A DNA stretch of 60,897 nt from Oxalobacter sp. (GTDB lineage Bacteria > Pseudomonadota > Gammaproteobacteria > Burkholderiales > Burkholderiaceae_D). Shown piece after piece: positions 24,217 through 33,255 of this stretch. Under the pieces are notes generated by a model, which saw nothing but the letters and a program-made list of their open reading frames with translations, searched no databases and was not told the origin of the DNA. The stretch is taken from assembly GCA_031556215.1 (NCBI GenBank), contig JAVBTJ010000056.1:1-60897 (forward strand). Direction: 5' to 3'. The position numbers and the translations under genes were made by a program. Numbering within the stretch: position 1 is the first letter of the stretch; every line of letters begins with the position of its first letter.

Positions 24217-24792
24217 TTAAATTATGAGCGGGTCGGCGGTCAGTGCCCGGATATCCGGCAGATTGCGCCAGTAGCCTTCGATATCCATGCCGAAACCGAT
24301 GACAAACCGGTTGGGCAGTGTCATGCCGATATGATCCGGGACGACCGGTTTTTTTGCCCCGATCTGCTTGTCGCCAAATACCGCCAGAATGACCTTGGCA
24401 GCGCCCATTTCCAGCAGCCGCCTCTGGACATGCGCCAGTGTTTCACCTTCATCCAGGATGTCATCCAGCACCACGATGATGCGGTTCATGACATTCTGGC
24501 GGGGGATGACTTTCCAGATCACTTCGCTGCCGTGTTCTTCATTGCCATAGCGGGAAACATGGATAAAGTCGAATTCCAGGGGAAAGGTCAATTGGGGAAG
24601 CAATTGGCCTGAAAAAACCACGGCACCGCCCATGACACCTAAAAAAAGCGGAAAGGTGCCCGCTTCGATATGGTTGAAACGTTCATTCAGTTCGGCTGCA
24701 ATCCGGGCAACCGCCGCCTGCACCTCTTCCGGTGTGCAGACCTGTTCTGTTCGTTCCAGGAGTTTTTTTGCGCGTTCGTTATGAGAATCCAT
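24217..24792 (-). CDS. hpt: Hypoxanthine-guanine phosphoribosyltransferase
   Basis: PRPP-binding motif VVLDDILDEGET and FVIGFGMD...WRNLP. Start placed at ATG 24792 behind GGAG. Confidence 0.9.
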   Translation of the reverse strand: MDSHNERAKKLLERTEQVCTPEEVQAAVARIAAELNERFNHIEAGTFPLFLGVMGGAVVFSGQLLPQLTFPLEFDFIHVSRYGNEEHGSEVIWKVIPRQNVMNRIIVVLDDILDEGETLAHVQRRLLEMGAAKVILAVFGDKQIGAKKPVVPDHIGMTLPNRFVIGFGMDIEGYWRNLPDIRALTADPLII

Positions 24793-24939
24793 TTTCTTCT
24801 CCACTTGTGGAAGCACTGATAAGCAGCGTTTCCTTATAGAATTATGCAGGATTTAAATTTTAAAACAAGCTAACAAGTTCACGTACGCGTGATGTGTCGT
24901 GCCGATGTTTTGTCCAATATCACTGAATCAGGGAGAAAA

Positions 24940-26757
24940 ATGGAATCCAATTCGGTCTCTGCAACCATGATCGTTTCCCGGATCGGCCGATTGCGCGATG
25001 CGATGCGGGAAGCCGCAGTGGATGCGTATATTGTCCCGGCTTCTGATCCGCATCTTTCGGAATATCTTCCCCCGCACTGGCAAAGCCGGCAATGGCTGTC
25101 CGGTTTTGACGGCTCTGCCGGTACCCTGGTTGTCACCCCCGATTTTGCCGGGTTGTGGACAGATAGCCGGTACTGGGTTCAGGCAGAAATGCAGCTTGCT
25201 GAAACCGGGATTGTCCTGATGAAGGTGGCCGGGGGAAATATGCTGGCTTACGCCGACTGGCTGGCAGCCCGCCTGGAAAAAGGCATGACGGTAGCCATGG
25301 ACGGGCAGCTTTTCAGCCTGGATATGGCTCGGAAACTGGAGGAAAAGCTGCTTTCGTCCGGGCAGGCATTCAGGACAGATTGCGATTTGGTCAAGGCGGT
25401 CTGGCTGGATCGTCCGGCGTTGCCGTTATCCCCGATATATGAACATGCGGCAGGCTTTGCGGCTTTGGGACGGCAGGAAAAGTTGCAGGTGTTGCGTGAA
25501 AAGCTGTCAGCGGCAGGGGGCGATTCGCATTTTATTTCGACACTGGACGATATTGCCTGGCTGCTGAACCTGCGCGGCTCGGATATTGCATTCAATCCGC
25601 TTTTTATTGCCCATTTGCTCATCAGCCCGGACAAGGCGACGCTGTTTGTTGATGACAGGCGGATGCCCGCCGGATTACGGCAGCGGCTTTTTGCCGAAGG
25701 CATCGCGCTGCAACCCTATGAAAATGCGGCATCGGCATTGGCGGCATTGCCGCCGGATGCCGTCCTGTTAATGGATCCGCGCCGGGTGACGGCCGGGATG
25801 TTTTCCGTTATCAGGGGGGACATCTGTATCGTGGAGTCCATTAATCCGACGGTGTTGCTGAAGTCACGCAAGGCGGAAAGTGAAATCGGGCATATCCGAC
25901 GGACGATGGAGGAAGACGGCGCGGCCATGTGTGAATTTTTTACCTGGTTTGAAGGAGCCATGCAAAGTGGGGAAACCATCACGGAACTGACTGTGGCAGA
26001 AAAAATAGCGGCTTGCCGAAAAGCGCGCCCCGGCTATGTGAGCCTGAGTTTTGATACGATTGCCGGTTTTAATGAAAATGGCGCGTTGCCGCACTATCGC
26101 GCAACACCTGAAAATTTTTCCGTGATTACCGGAAATGGCCTCCTGCTGATTGATTCAGGCGGACAGTATCCCGGCGGGACAACGGATATTACGCGCGTTG
26201 TGCCGGTGGGTGTTCCATTGCCTGAACAGAAGCGGGATTACACGATGGTGATGAAGGGCCTGATTGCGCTCTCCGATGCGGTTTTTCCCCGCGCTGTCAG
26301 GGCGGCGATGCTGGATGCCATTGCCCGCGCACCCCTTTGGCAGTGCGGGATGGATTATGGCCACGGCACCGGGCATGGCATCGGTTATTTCCTGAATGTG
26401 CATGAGGGGCCGCAGTCGATTTCTTACCACGCTGTGCCGGATGCGCATACAGCAATGGAAGAGGGTATGGTGACATCCATTGAGCCGGGTATTTATCGCC
26501 CCGGGCGCTGGGGAATCCGCCTGGAAAACCTGGTCGTCAACCGCAATGCCGAAACGACCGAGTTTGGGGAATATCTCTGTTTTGAGACCCTGACACTATG
26601 CCCCTTCGATACACGCTGCATTGACCTGGCGCTTTTGACGCATGGGGAAATCGCCTGGCTTAACCGTTATCATGCCGAGGTTCGCCAGCGGCTTTCGCCG
26701 CTGCTTTCCGGGGCGGCGAAAAGCTGGCTGCTGGCCCGCACGCAGCCATTGGTCTAG
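24940..26757 (+). CDS. Aminopeptidase P family (M24B) Xaa-Pro peptidase
   Basis: DPHLSEY, SGFDGSAG, DSGGQYPGGTTD, HGTGHGIG, VHEGP, EPGIY and GIRLEN; ATG 24940 behind GGGAG. Confidence 0.93.
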   Translation: MESNSVSATMIVSRIGRLRDAMREAAVDAYIVPASDPHLSEYLPPHWQSRQWLSGFDGSAGTLVVTPDFAGLWTDSRYWVQAEMQLAETGIVLMKVAGGNMLAYADWLAARLEKGMTVAMDGQLFSLDMARKLEEKLLSSGQAFRTDCDLVKAVWLDRPALPLSPIYEHAAGFAALGRQEKLQVLREKLSAAGGDSHFISTLDDIAWLLNLRGSDIAFNPLFIAHLLISPDKATLFVDDRRMPAGLRQRLFAEGIALQPYENAASALAALPPDAVLLMDPRRVTAGMFSVIRGDICIVESINPTVLLKSRKAESEIGHIRRTMEEDGAAMCEFFTWFEGAMQSGETITELTVAEKIAACRKARPGYVSLSFDTIAGFNENGALPHYRATPENFSVITGNGLLLIDSGGQYPGGTTDITRVVPVGVPLPEQKRDYTMVMKGLIALSDAVFPRAVRAAMLDAIARAPLWQCGMDYGHGTGHGIGYFLNVHEGPQSISYHAVPDAHTAMEEGMVTSIEPGIYRPGRWGIRLENLVVNRNAETTEFGEYLCFETLTLCPFDTRCIDLALLTHGEIAWLNRYHAEVRQRLSPLLSGAAKSWLLARTQPLV

Positions 26758-26767
26758 ACGGGTAATA

Positions 26768-26812
26768 CAATAAAAAAGAGGCTTTGCCAAATGGTAAGCC
26801 TCTTTTTTGTTG
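26768..26812. terminator. Bidirectional intrinsic terminator
   Basis: AAAAAAGAGGCTT...AAGCCTCTTTTTT between convergent genes. Confidence 0.85.
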
Positions 26813-26828
26813 CAATCGCGGCGTGGGC

Positions 26829-27080
26829 TCAAATATGGGCATCCACCCCGGGAACGCCTGCCGAAGTGGAAATGGCATAGCCTTTGGCCTGTATCTGTTT
26901 TGCCGGGTGGATAATGGAATACTCATCCAGGGTTTCCAGGTCAATATTCAGGTCAACGCCTCTTGCCGTGATTTCCCAATCGATATTGGCGGCTTCGGCA
27001 GGGATCAGGCGTCCTTCCGGCACAATCAGCCAGGAAAAATGATTTTCCCGTTCTTCCCTGCGAAAAATATCTACTCTCAT
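26829..27080 (-). CDS. Small conserved hypothetical protein (resembles DUF6139 family)
   Basis: MRVDIFRR...SWLIVPEG...DW...KGYAIST pattern, which I recall from Oxalobacteraceae small proteins; GAGG SD. Family assignment is from memory. Confidence 0.65.
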   Translation of the reverse strand: MRVDIFRREERENHFSWLIVPEGRLIPAEAANIDWEITARGVDLNIDLETLDEYSIIHPAKQIQAKGYAISTSAGVPGVDAHI

Positions 27081-27372
27081 GTTGCATCCTCTGGCGTGTC
27101 AATCAGCGTTACGGACAGCAGGCTCGGCCTCATTCCGTATGGTTTGCCTATTTATACGACAGTTGGGAAAGGAACACAATGTCTTTTGGCATCTCCCAAG
27201 CGAACCGGGATTGGGCTGGAAACCGGAAAACAGGGAAAGGATTTCTTTTGCGTGGAACAAATTTTTTGTTTAAAACAGGATGTTACAAAAAATATGGACT
27301 ACAATTCGAACGTTATTTTTTTCCGATGGATGATTCGGGAATAAGGCCGGATTCTGTTAAAAAGGGTGCAAT

Positions 27373-27660
27373 ATGCGTTGGCTTTCGCTGAAAACACTTT
27401 TTGCGGGTTTTCTTCGCAATCGCCATTTCCGGCGTCATTTCCGACGCCTGATGCTTTTCGAATCCCTGCAACATACAACGGTTAGCCGAAGCGTGCCTCC
27501 CGGCCTGGCGCAAACGCTGGTTGCCATGGCGAAGTGTGATCCCGAAGCGGCCTTAAACCAGTTGAACAGCGAGCAAAACGGCCTGTCTGAAACGCAGGTG
27601 GAGGAGGTTCGCAAAGAGAGCGGCTTTAATGAAATCGAGCACGAAAAGCCGCTGCCCTGA
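27373..27660 (+). pseudogene. mgtA: N-terminal 95-aa fragment of the Mg2+-transporting P-type ATPase MgtA
   Basis: 'FAGFLRNRHFRRHFRRL...VSRSVPPGLAQTL...GLSE...GFNEIEHEKPLP' resembles proteobacterial MgtA N-termini. It stops before the first TM helix; there is no DKTGT and the rest of the gene is not in the window. Confidence 0.8.
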
Positions 27661-27685
27661 CCGCCTGTTATTAAACAGGCGGTCA
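27658..27685. terminator. Stem-loop overlapping the mgtA-fragment stop codon, downstream of glyA
   Basis: TGACCGCCTGTT-atta-AACAGGCGGTCA, a perfect 12-bp stem. Confidence 0.65.
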
Positions 27686-27703
27686 ATCAACGCTTCTCGT
27701 TCC

Positions 27704-28951
27704 TTACCGACCGTAAACCGGGAAAGCGGTGGTCAGTTTTTTGACTTCTGCGCGAACGCGTTCCAGTACGGCGGCGTCTTCCGGGCTGTCAACAACGTCT
27801 GCCAGCAGGTGGGCAACCATGCGCGATTCGCCTTCCTTAAAGCCGCGCGTGGTCATGGCCGGGCTGCCCAGACGGATGCCGGAGGTGACGAAAGGCGTTT
27901 GCGGGTCGTTTGGAATCGCGTTTTTGTTGCAGGTGATATGCCCGCTGTTCAGGATGGTTTCGGCGGTGCGGCCTGTGATGTTTTTCTTGATGAGGTCAAC
28001 CAGCATGACATGGGATTCGGTACGGCCGGAAACGATCCGGAAGCCCCGTTCAATCAGGGTTTTTGCCAGCACGTCCGCATTTTTGATCACCTGATCCTGG
28101 TAGGTCTTGAATTCGGGCTGCAACGCTTCCTGGAAGGCAACGGCTTTGGCGGCAATGACGTGCATGAGCGGGCCACCCTGGATGCCGGGAAAAACAGCGG
28201 AATTGATCGGGCGCTCGTATTCTGATTTCATCAGGATAAAGCCGCCGCGCGGCCCGCGGAGTGACTTGTGGGTTGTCGAGGTGACAAAATCCGCGTGCGG
28301 AACCGGGTTGGGATAAAGTCCTGCCGCAATCAGCCCGGCGTAGTGCGCCATGTCAACCATGAAGTAAGCGCCGATATCCTTGGCGACTTTCGCAAAACGC
28401 TCAAAGTCTATTTTGAGTGAATAGGCGGACGCCCCGGCGATAATCATCTTGGGCTTTTTCTCGTGGGCAAGGCGCTCCATTGCATCGTAATCAATTTCTT
28501 CTTTCTCGTTCAGACCATACGATACGACGTTGAACCATTTGCCGGACATGTTCAGCGACATGCCGTGCGTCAGGTGACCGCCTTCGGCAAGCGACATGCC
28601 CATAATGGTGTCGCCCGGCTGGAGCATGGCGAAGAAAACGCCCTGGTTGGCCTGCGAACCGGAATTGGGCTGCACGTTGGCCGCCTCTGCGCCAAAGAGT
28701 TTTTTGACGCGGTCAATCGCAAGCTGTTCGGCAATATCGACAAATTCACATCCGCCGTAGTAACGGCGGCCGGGATAGCCTTCGGCATATTTATTGGTCA
28801 GTTGCGACCCTTGCGCTTCCATCACCGCTGGCGAACAATAATTCTCGGAAGCGATCAGTTCAATATGCTCTTCCTGGCGAATATTTTCACGCTGAATGGC
28901 GCTCCACAGCTCCGGGTCGATACGGGCGATGGTGTGGTCTTTTGATAACAT
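27704..28951 (-). CDS. glyA: Serine hydroxymethyltransferase
   Basis: [26 protein letters not shown] motif [12 protein letters not shown] and SGIRLGSP. Start placed at ATG 28951. Confidence 0.98.
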   Translation of the reverse strand: MLSKDHTIARIDPELWSAIQRENIRQEEHIELIASENYCSPAVMEAQGSQLTNKYAEGYPGRRYYGGCEFVDIAEQLAIDRVKKLFGAEAANVQPNSGSQANQGVFFAMLQPGDTIMGMSLAEGGHLTHGMSLNMSGKWFNVVSYGLNEKEEIDYDAMERLAHEKKPKMIIAGASAYSLKIDFERFAKVAKDIGAYFMVDMAHYAGLIAAGLYPNPVPHADFVTSTTHKSLRGPRGGFILMKSEYERPINSAVFPGIQGGPLMHVIAAKAVAFQEALQPEFKTYQDQVIKNADVLAKTLIERGFRIVSGRTESHVMLVDLIKKNITGRTAETILNSGHITCNKNAIPNDPQTPFVTSGIRLGSPAMTTRGFKEGESRMVAHLLADVVDSPEDAAVLERVRAEVKKLTTAFPVYGR

Positions 28952-29257
28952 GAAATACCCAAATAAAAAGCGACCTGCTAGGTTAAAACGACAAATACCC
29001 GCCTGAAACGGGTCTTTTCGGCAAAATGCGTCCCTGCCGGAAATTGTATCATCTGAAAAACAGAACATTTTACAATACTGTTTCCCGCACCAGCAAGAAA
29101 ATACAACAGCCCGTCACATGATGCGGGCATCCGGGAAAAACGCCAGAAAATTTTTTATGCGTTTGGGACAGGGAGTTTTATAATTTTATTATTATTAATA
29201 TAACAGTAAAATTCGGCGCTTTTTATTGGCGCCTGTCTGCAAAACCGAAGGAACCGC

Positions 29258-29440
29258 ATGCCGACCATCAATGTCCAACTGTTTGAAGGCCGAACGCTTG
29301 AACAGAAACGCGATTTTGTCAAAGCCGTTACCGACGCCGCCGTAAAAACGCTCGGTTGTACCCCTGCTTCTGTCAATATCATCATCTGCGAAGTCCGCAA
29401 GGAGGACTGGGCCACCGGCGGCAAACTCTGGAGCGATTGA
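29258..29440 (+). CDS. 4-oxalocrotonate tautomerase family protein
   Basis: Catalytic Pro1 after Met removal, EGRTLEQK and WATGG; 60 aa; AAGGA SD. Confidence 0.92.
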   Translation: MPTINVQLFEGRTLEQKRDFVKAVTDAAVKTLGCTPASVNIIICEVRKEDWATGGKLWSD

Positions 29441-29662
29441 TGCAACATTTCGCAACAAGAAGGGTCGCGGGATCAATTTCTTTTTGCTTTTTTAACCGGA
29501 CAATAATGGATTTAAAGTAAAATCAAACGCCTATCTCGCAAACGCAATGCTTGCTGTCAATTGACATAGCATGTAAAGTATTGCCGTGCAGAATCTTTTT
29601 GATTTGGGGAACACGGGCTAATCGTATGGCTGTGCTTTGTATTATTAACGGAGTGGTTATAA

Positions 29663-30577
29663 ATGACTGACGATCTGGAAGCGCTTTTTGACAAAATATC
29701 TGATGAACAGCGGGATCAGGCCAGTACAGGCGATTCGGCGCAGGCATCATCAAACGCCGAACCATCAGAGGAAGAGCTGGAAGCGCTTTTTGATGAACTG
29801 AGCACGGTCACTCAGGTGACGGTTACCGAAACGGTTACTGTCACCGTAAGCGCCGAACCCTCGGAAGACGAACTGGAAGCCCTGTTTGACGAGTTGAGCA
29901 CGCAACCGGCACCCGCAGAAAGCAATCCATCGGAAAGCGCCACAGATGACGCCCCTTCCAAACTGACGCATCCCCAGCCAGTCAATACGGCGGATTTGCC
30001 CTTGTATGATCGCATTGGCGGCATTTTGAGGCAACTTCACGACTCCATGCGCGAACTGGGCTATGACAGGGCATTGCAGGATGTCGCAACCGAAGTGATG
30101 GATGCGAAAGGCCGTCTTGAGTATGTCGCAACCCTGACAGAGCAGGCCGCCACGCGTGTTTTGAATTCGATTGACATTGGCATGCCGCAGCAGGAAGAAC
30201 TGTCAAAAACCGCCCAGGATATTGAAGAACGCTGGGGCGCGCTTTTTGACGGTGATATGGATATCGACGCATTCAAGCAGTTGGCACAGGACTCGCGGGA
30301 TTTTGCGGCCTATACCGCCATCAGGGCAAACGAGGAAAAAGCCCGCCTCATGGAAATCATGATGGCACAGGACTTCCAGGATATTACCGGGCAGGTTATC
30401 AAAAAAGTGGTGGTCATCTCCAAAAGGCTGGAGCAGGAGCTGGCCCAGATATTGCGCGATAATGCACCTGCCCAAAGCAAGGAAAAAGGGGTTGATCTGA
30501 TGGCCGGCCCGGATATTCCAGACAAGGCGATGGATCAGGATGATGTTGACAGCTTGCTGGCTAATCTGGGATTCTAG
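29663..30577 (+). CDS. cheZ: Chemotaxis phosphatase CheZ with an extended repetitive N-terminus
   Basis: RLEYVATLTEQAATRVLN, catalytic MAQDFQDITGQ, and C-terminal CheY-binding peptide QDDVDSLLANLGF. Confidence 0.92.
   Translation: MTDDLEALFDKISDEQRDQASTGDSAQASSNAEPSEEELEALFDELSTVTQVTVTETVTVTVSAEPSEDELEALFDELSTQPAPAESNPSESATDDAPSKLTHPQPVNTADLPLYDRIGGILRQLHDSMRELGYDRALQDVATEVMDAKGRLEYVATLTEQAATRVLNSIDIGMPQQEELSKTAQDIEERWGALFDGDMDIDAFKQLAQDSRDFAAYTAIRANEEKARLMEIMMAQDFQDITGQVIKKVVVISKRLEQELAQILRDNAPAQSKEKGVDLMAGPDIPDKAMDQDDVDSLLANLGF
29669..29902 (+). repeat. Three intragenic 'LEALFD' repeats in cheZ
   Basis: DDLEALFD (29669-29692), AEPSEEELEALFDELST (29756-29806) and AEPSEDELEALFDELST (29852-29902). 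Confidence 0.9.
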
Positions 30578-30630
30578 GCTGTTGCCGTGAATAAAATATT
30601 GATAATGCGCATCTGAGAAATGGATTTCTG

Positions 30631-32496
30631 ATGGATGACATGCTGAAAGAGTTTGTCGTTGAGGCACGGGATCTCGCGTCACAGGTAGAGGAAAACCTGC
30701 TGACGCTGGAGAGGCATCCCGATGACCAGAATACGATCAATGCGGTTTTCCGCTCCTTTCACACAATCAAGGGCGGAGCAGGTTTCATGGGGCTTGCCCC
30801 GATGGTTGAAGCCTGCCACCTGACGGAAAACCTGTTTGACGGCATGCGAACCGGCAAGGTTCCTGTTACGCCGGACGCTATTGAGGCGGCACTGCAGGCC
30901 AGCAGCTTTGTCGGATACCAGTTAAACGAGTTGCATAACGGCGCAACACCAGACCAGTTGTCGGCTTTTCCGCCTGAAATTGAAGCCATGCTCCAGCGCG
31001 CGCTTGCAGGCGAAACCAGTTCCGCGCCCGCTGCAGCACCCGTGCCCGCCGCCCCGCAGTCTGAATCCGCCTCACCAGCACCTTCTGCCACGGCCACCGC
31101 CTCCCCATCTGCTGGCGGGCCAAACTGGCATGCGCTTTATAACGCGCTCGTGCCGGAAGACCGGCAGGTTGATATCCCGGAAGACGCTTCGCTGGAAGTC
31201 GAAGAAAATGGCGATTGGGAAGGCCCCGACCGACGGGGTATGGCAGCACCTGACACGCCGATAGCCCCTGTCGCTTCTGCGGCAAACTGGGATGGCGGCG
31301 AAAGGCGGCGTGTCCCGGCGTCCCCGCAAAAAGACGACAGTATCCGTATTGACGCCGCCAAGCTGGATGTCCTGCTTGAAGTTGCCGGTGAGGCCGCGCA
31401 GGCAGCCAACCAGGCCAGCGTCCTTCTGGACAAGCTTCGCCTCTTTCCCTTTGTGGATGAGGCGTCCGAACTGATTGACAACCTGATTGAAACCCAGGCA
31501 AGGGCATCGCGTTATTCGACGGAATTGCAGCGGGCCACGCTTTCAACCCGAATGCAGCCTGTTGGCCGCCTCTTCCAGCGTTTTCCACGGCTTGTGCGTG
31601 AACTGGCCCGTGAACTGGGTAAAAATGTTGACCTGGTGATCGAGGGCGCGGAAACGGAAGTTGACCGGATTGTGGTGGACAGCCTGTATGACCCGCTTGT
31701 GCATATGCTGCGAAATTCGCTTGACCACGGTGTCGAGCCGGAAGAAGGCCGCAAAGCCGCAGGCAAGCCGGAACGGGCGCGAATTCTGCTCAAGGCATGG
31801 CAGGAAGCCAACAGTGTCATGATTGTTGTCTCGGATGACGGGCGCGGCATGAACCCGCAAAGGCTTCGGGATATCGCGATTTCCAAAGGGCTGATCGGCC
31901 CCAATGATGCCCAGACTGACGATGAAGCCTACCAACTGGTCTTTCTGCCCGGCTTTTCAACGATGGAGGTCGCGTCCAGCGTGTCTGGCCGCGGTGTCGG
32001 CATGGACGTTGTCCGCACGGCGGTAGAACAGCATCGCGGCACCATCTGGATCGAGTCCCGCCTGGGCCTCGGCACGACATTCTCCATCCGGCTGCCTATT
32101 GAGCTTTCCATTATCCCGATGCTGCTTGTCAGCACTTCCGGGGCCAAGCTCGGTATCCCCATGTCGCTGGTTCAGCGCGTGGTCGAACTGCCGGATACTT
32201 TTGAATACGCCAGCGGACAGCCTGTCTTCCGTGACCAGGGACGCCCGCTTCCTGTCCTGTCGATGGCAAATGCGCTGGGATACGACCCTTGCGTGGAGCA
32301 GGCCGGGATTGTTGTCGCGGCGCCCAACCCCTATATTATTTCTGTTGAAGAACTTGACGGCACAGCCGACCTGGTTATCAAACCGCTTTCCGGTATTGAG
32401 GTTGCGGGTATTTCCGGCACCACCCGTTCTGCAGAAGGCGAACTGGTGCTTGTTGTTTCACTTTCTTTCCTGCTGGACGGCGCGCGCCGCGCATGA
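30631..32496 (+). CDS. cheA: Chemotaxis histidine kinase CheA (P1-linker-P3-P4-P5, no recognisable P2)
   Basis: HPt FRSFHTIKGGAG; HMLRNSLDHG, DDGRGM, FLPGFST and SGRGVGMDVV; short CheW-like C-terminus. Confidence 0.93.
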   Translation: MDDMLKEFVVEARDLASQVEENLLTLERHPDDQNTINAVFRSFHTIKGGAGFMGLAPMVEACHLTENLFDGMRTGKVPVTPDAIEAALQASSFVGYQLNELHNGATPDQLSAFPPEIEAMLQRALAGETSSAPAAAPVPAAPQSESASPAPSATATASPSAGGPNWHALYNALVPEDRQVDIPEDASLEVEENGDWEGPDRRGMAAPDTPIAPVASAANWDGGERRRVPASPQKDDSIRIDAAKLDVLLEVAGEAAQAANQASVLLDKLRLFPFVDEASELIDNLIETQARASRYSTELQRATLSTRMQPVGRLFQRFPRLVRELARELGKNVDLVIEGAETEVDRIVVDSLYDPLVHMLRNSLDHGVEPEEGRKAAGKPERARILLKAWQEANSVMIVVSDDGRGMNPQRLRDIAISKGLIGPNDAQTDDEAYQLVFLPGFSTMEVASSVSGRGVGMDVVRTAVEQHRGTIWIESRLGLGTTFSIRLPIELSIIPMLLVSTSGAKLGIPMSLVQRVVELPDTFEYASGQPVFRDQGRPLPVLSMANALGYDPCVEQAGIVVAAPNPYIISVEELDGTADLVIKPLSGIEVAGISGTTRSAEGELVLVVSLSFLLDGARRA

Positions 32497-32520
32497 TCAT
32501 GGCGGGGGCCATGAAAAAGC

Positions 32521-32555
32521 AATGATCCTGTGAGCCTTCCACCCACAGGATCATT
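32521..32555. terminator. Stem-loop between convergent cheA and osmC
   Basis: AATGATCCTGTG...CACAGGATCATT, a 12-bp stem. Confidence 0.6.
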
Positions 32556-32581
32556 CATTTGCTCCGGTTTTTTATTTCAAT

Positions 32582-33004
32582 TTATTCCAGACGGGCCGAT
32601 ACGGTAATTTCCGTATTCAGCAGACGGGAAATGGGGCAGCCTTCCTTGGCCTTGTTGACGGCTTCCTGGAATGCCGGTGCATCGGCATTGGGGATTTTGG
32701 CTGTCACATCCAGATGAATCCGGGTGACGGCAAAGCCTTTTTCCCCTTTTTCAAGCGACAGCGTTGCCTTTGTCTGAATCTTTTCGGCAATCATCTTGGC
32801 TCGTTCGAGCCGACCGGAAAGATCCATCGTAAAGCAGCCGGCATGCCCTGCGGCAATCATTTCTTCCGGATTGGTGCCTGCGCCATTTTCAAAACGCGCA
32901 GAAAAAGAATAGGGGGTTCCGGAAAGAACGCCTGTCTCCGTAGACAATGTCCCCTTCCCCTCCTTGATGCCTCCTTGCCAGATGGCTGTTGCAAAACGAT
33001 CCAT
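32582..33004 (-). CDS. osmC: OsmC-family peroxiredoxin
   Basis: [16 protein letters not shown] and CPISR cysteine motifs; GGAGG SD. Confidence 0.93.
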   Translation of the reverse strand: MDRFATAIWQGGIKEGKGTLSTETGVLSGTPYSFSARFENGAGTNPEEMIAAGHAGCFTMDLSGRLERAKMIAEKIQTKATLSLEKGEKGFAVTRIHLDVTAKIPNADAPAFQEAVNKAKEGCPISRLLNTEITVSARLE

Positions 33005-33255
33005 TTGTCCTCCTGATTATAAAAACGGGTTTTAAAAAATCATTTTTTGCGACAAGTCGTGCAAGGAACAGCATATACGATATTTCTGTCGCCTGCTTGC
33101 TTCGGAGAATAATTGTTCGCAACGGCGGGGAAGCTGTACTATAATGGAAATGGTGCCCGCTACCATTGGCACTTTCCATCTGAGACGGGACATCCTGGCT
33201 GTATTCAACAAGCCTCTCCCCTTTTTCATGCTTCACCTCACTTAACCCCAAGCCT

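Noticed and set aside
27081-27372. MgtL-like leader peptide or PhoP box upstream of the mgtA fragment
   Set aside because: The short ORF MDYNSNVIFFRWMIRE has no prolines, and the TGTTTA/TGTTAC half-sites are spaced 8 nt apart rather than 5.
28952-29257. ZMP/ZTP or glycine riboswitch upstream of glyA
   Set aside because: I could not find the conserved ZTP elements (GACUGGCG, CGCCUGGGC) or glycine aptamer motifs on the minus strand.
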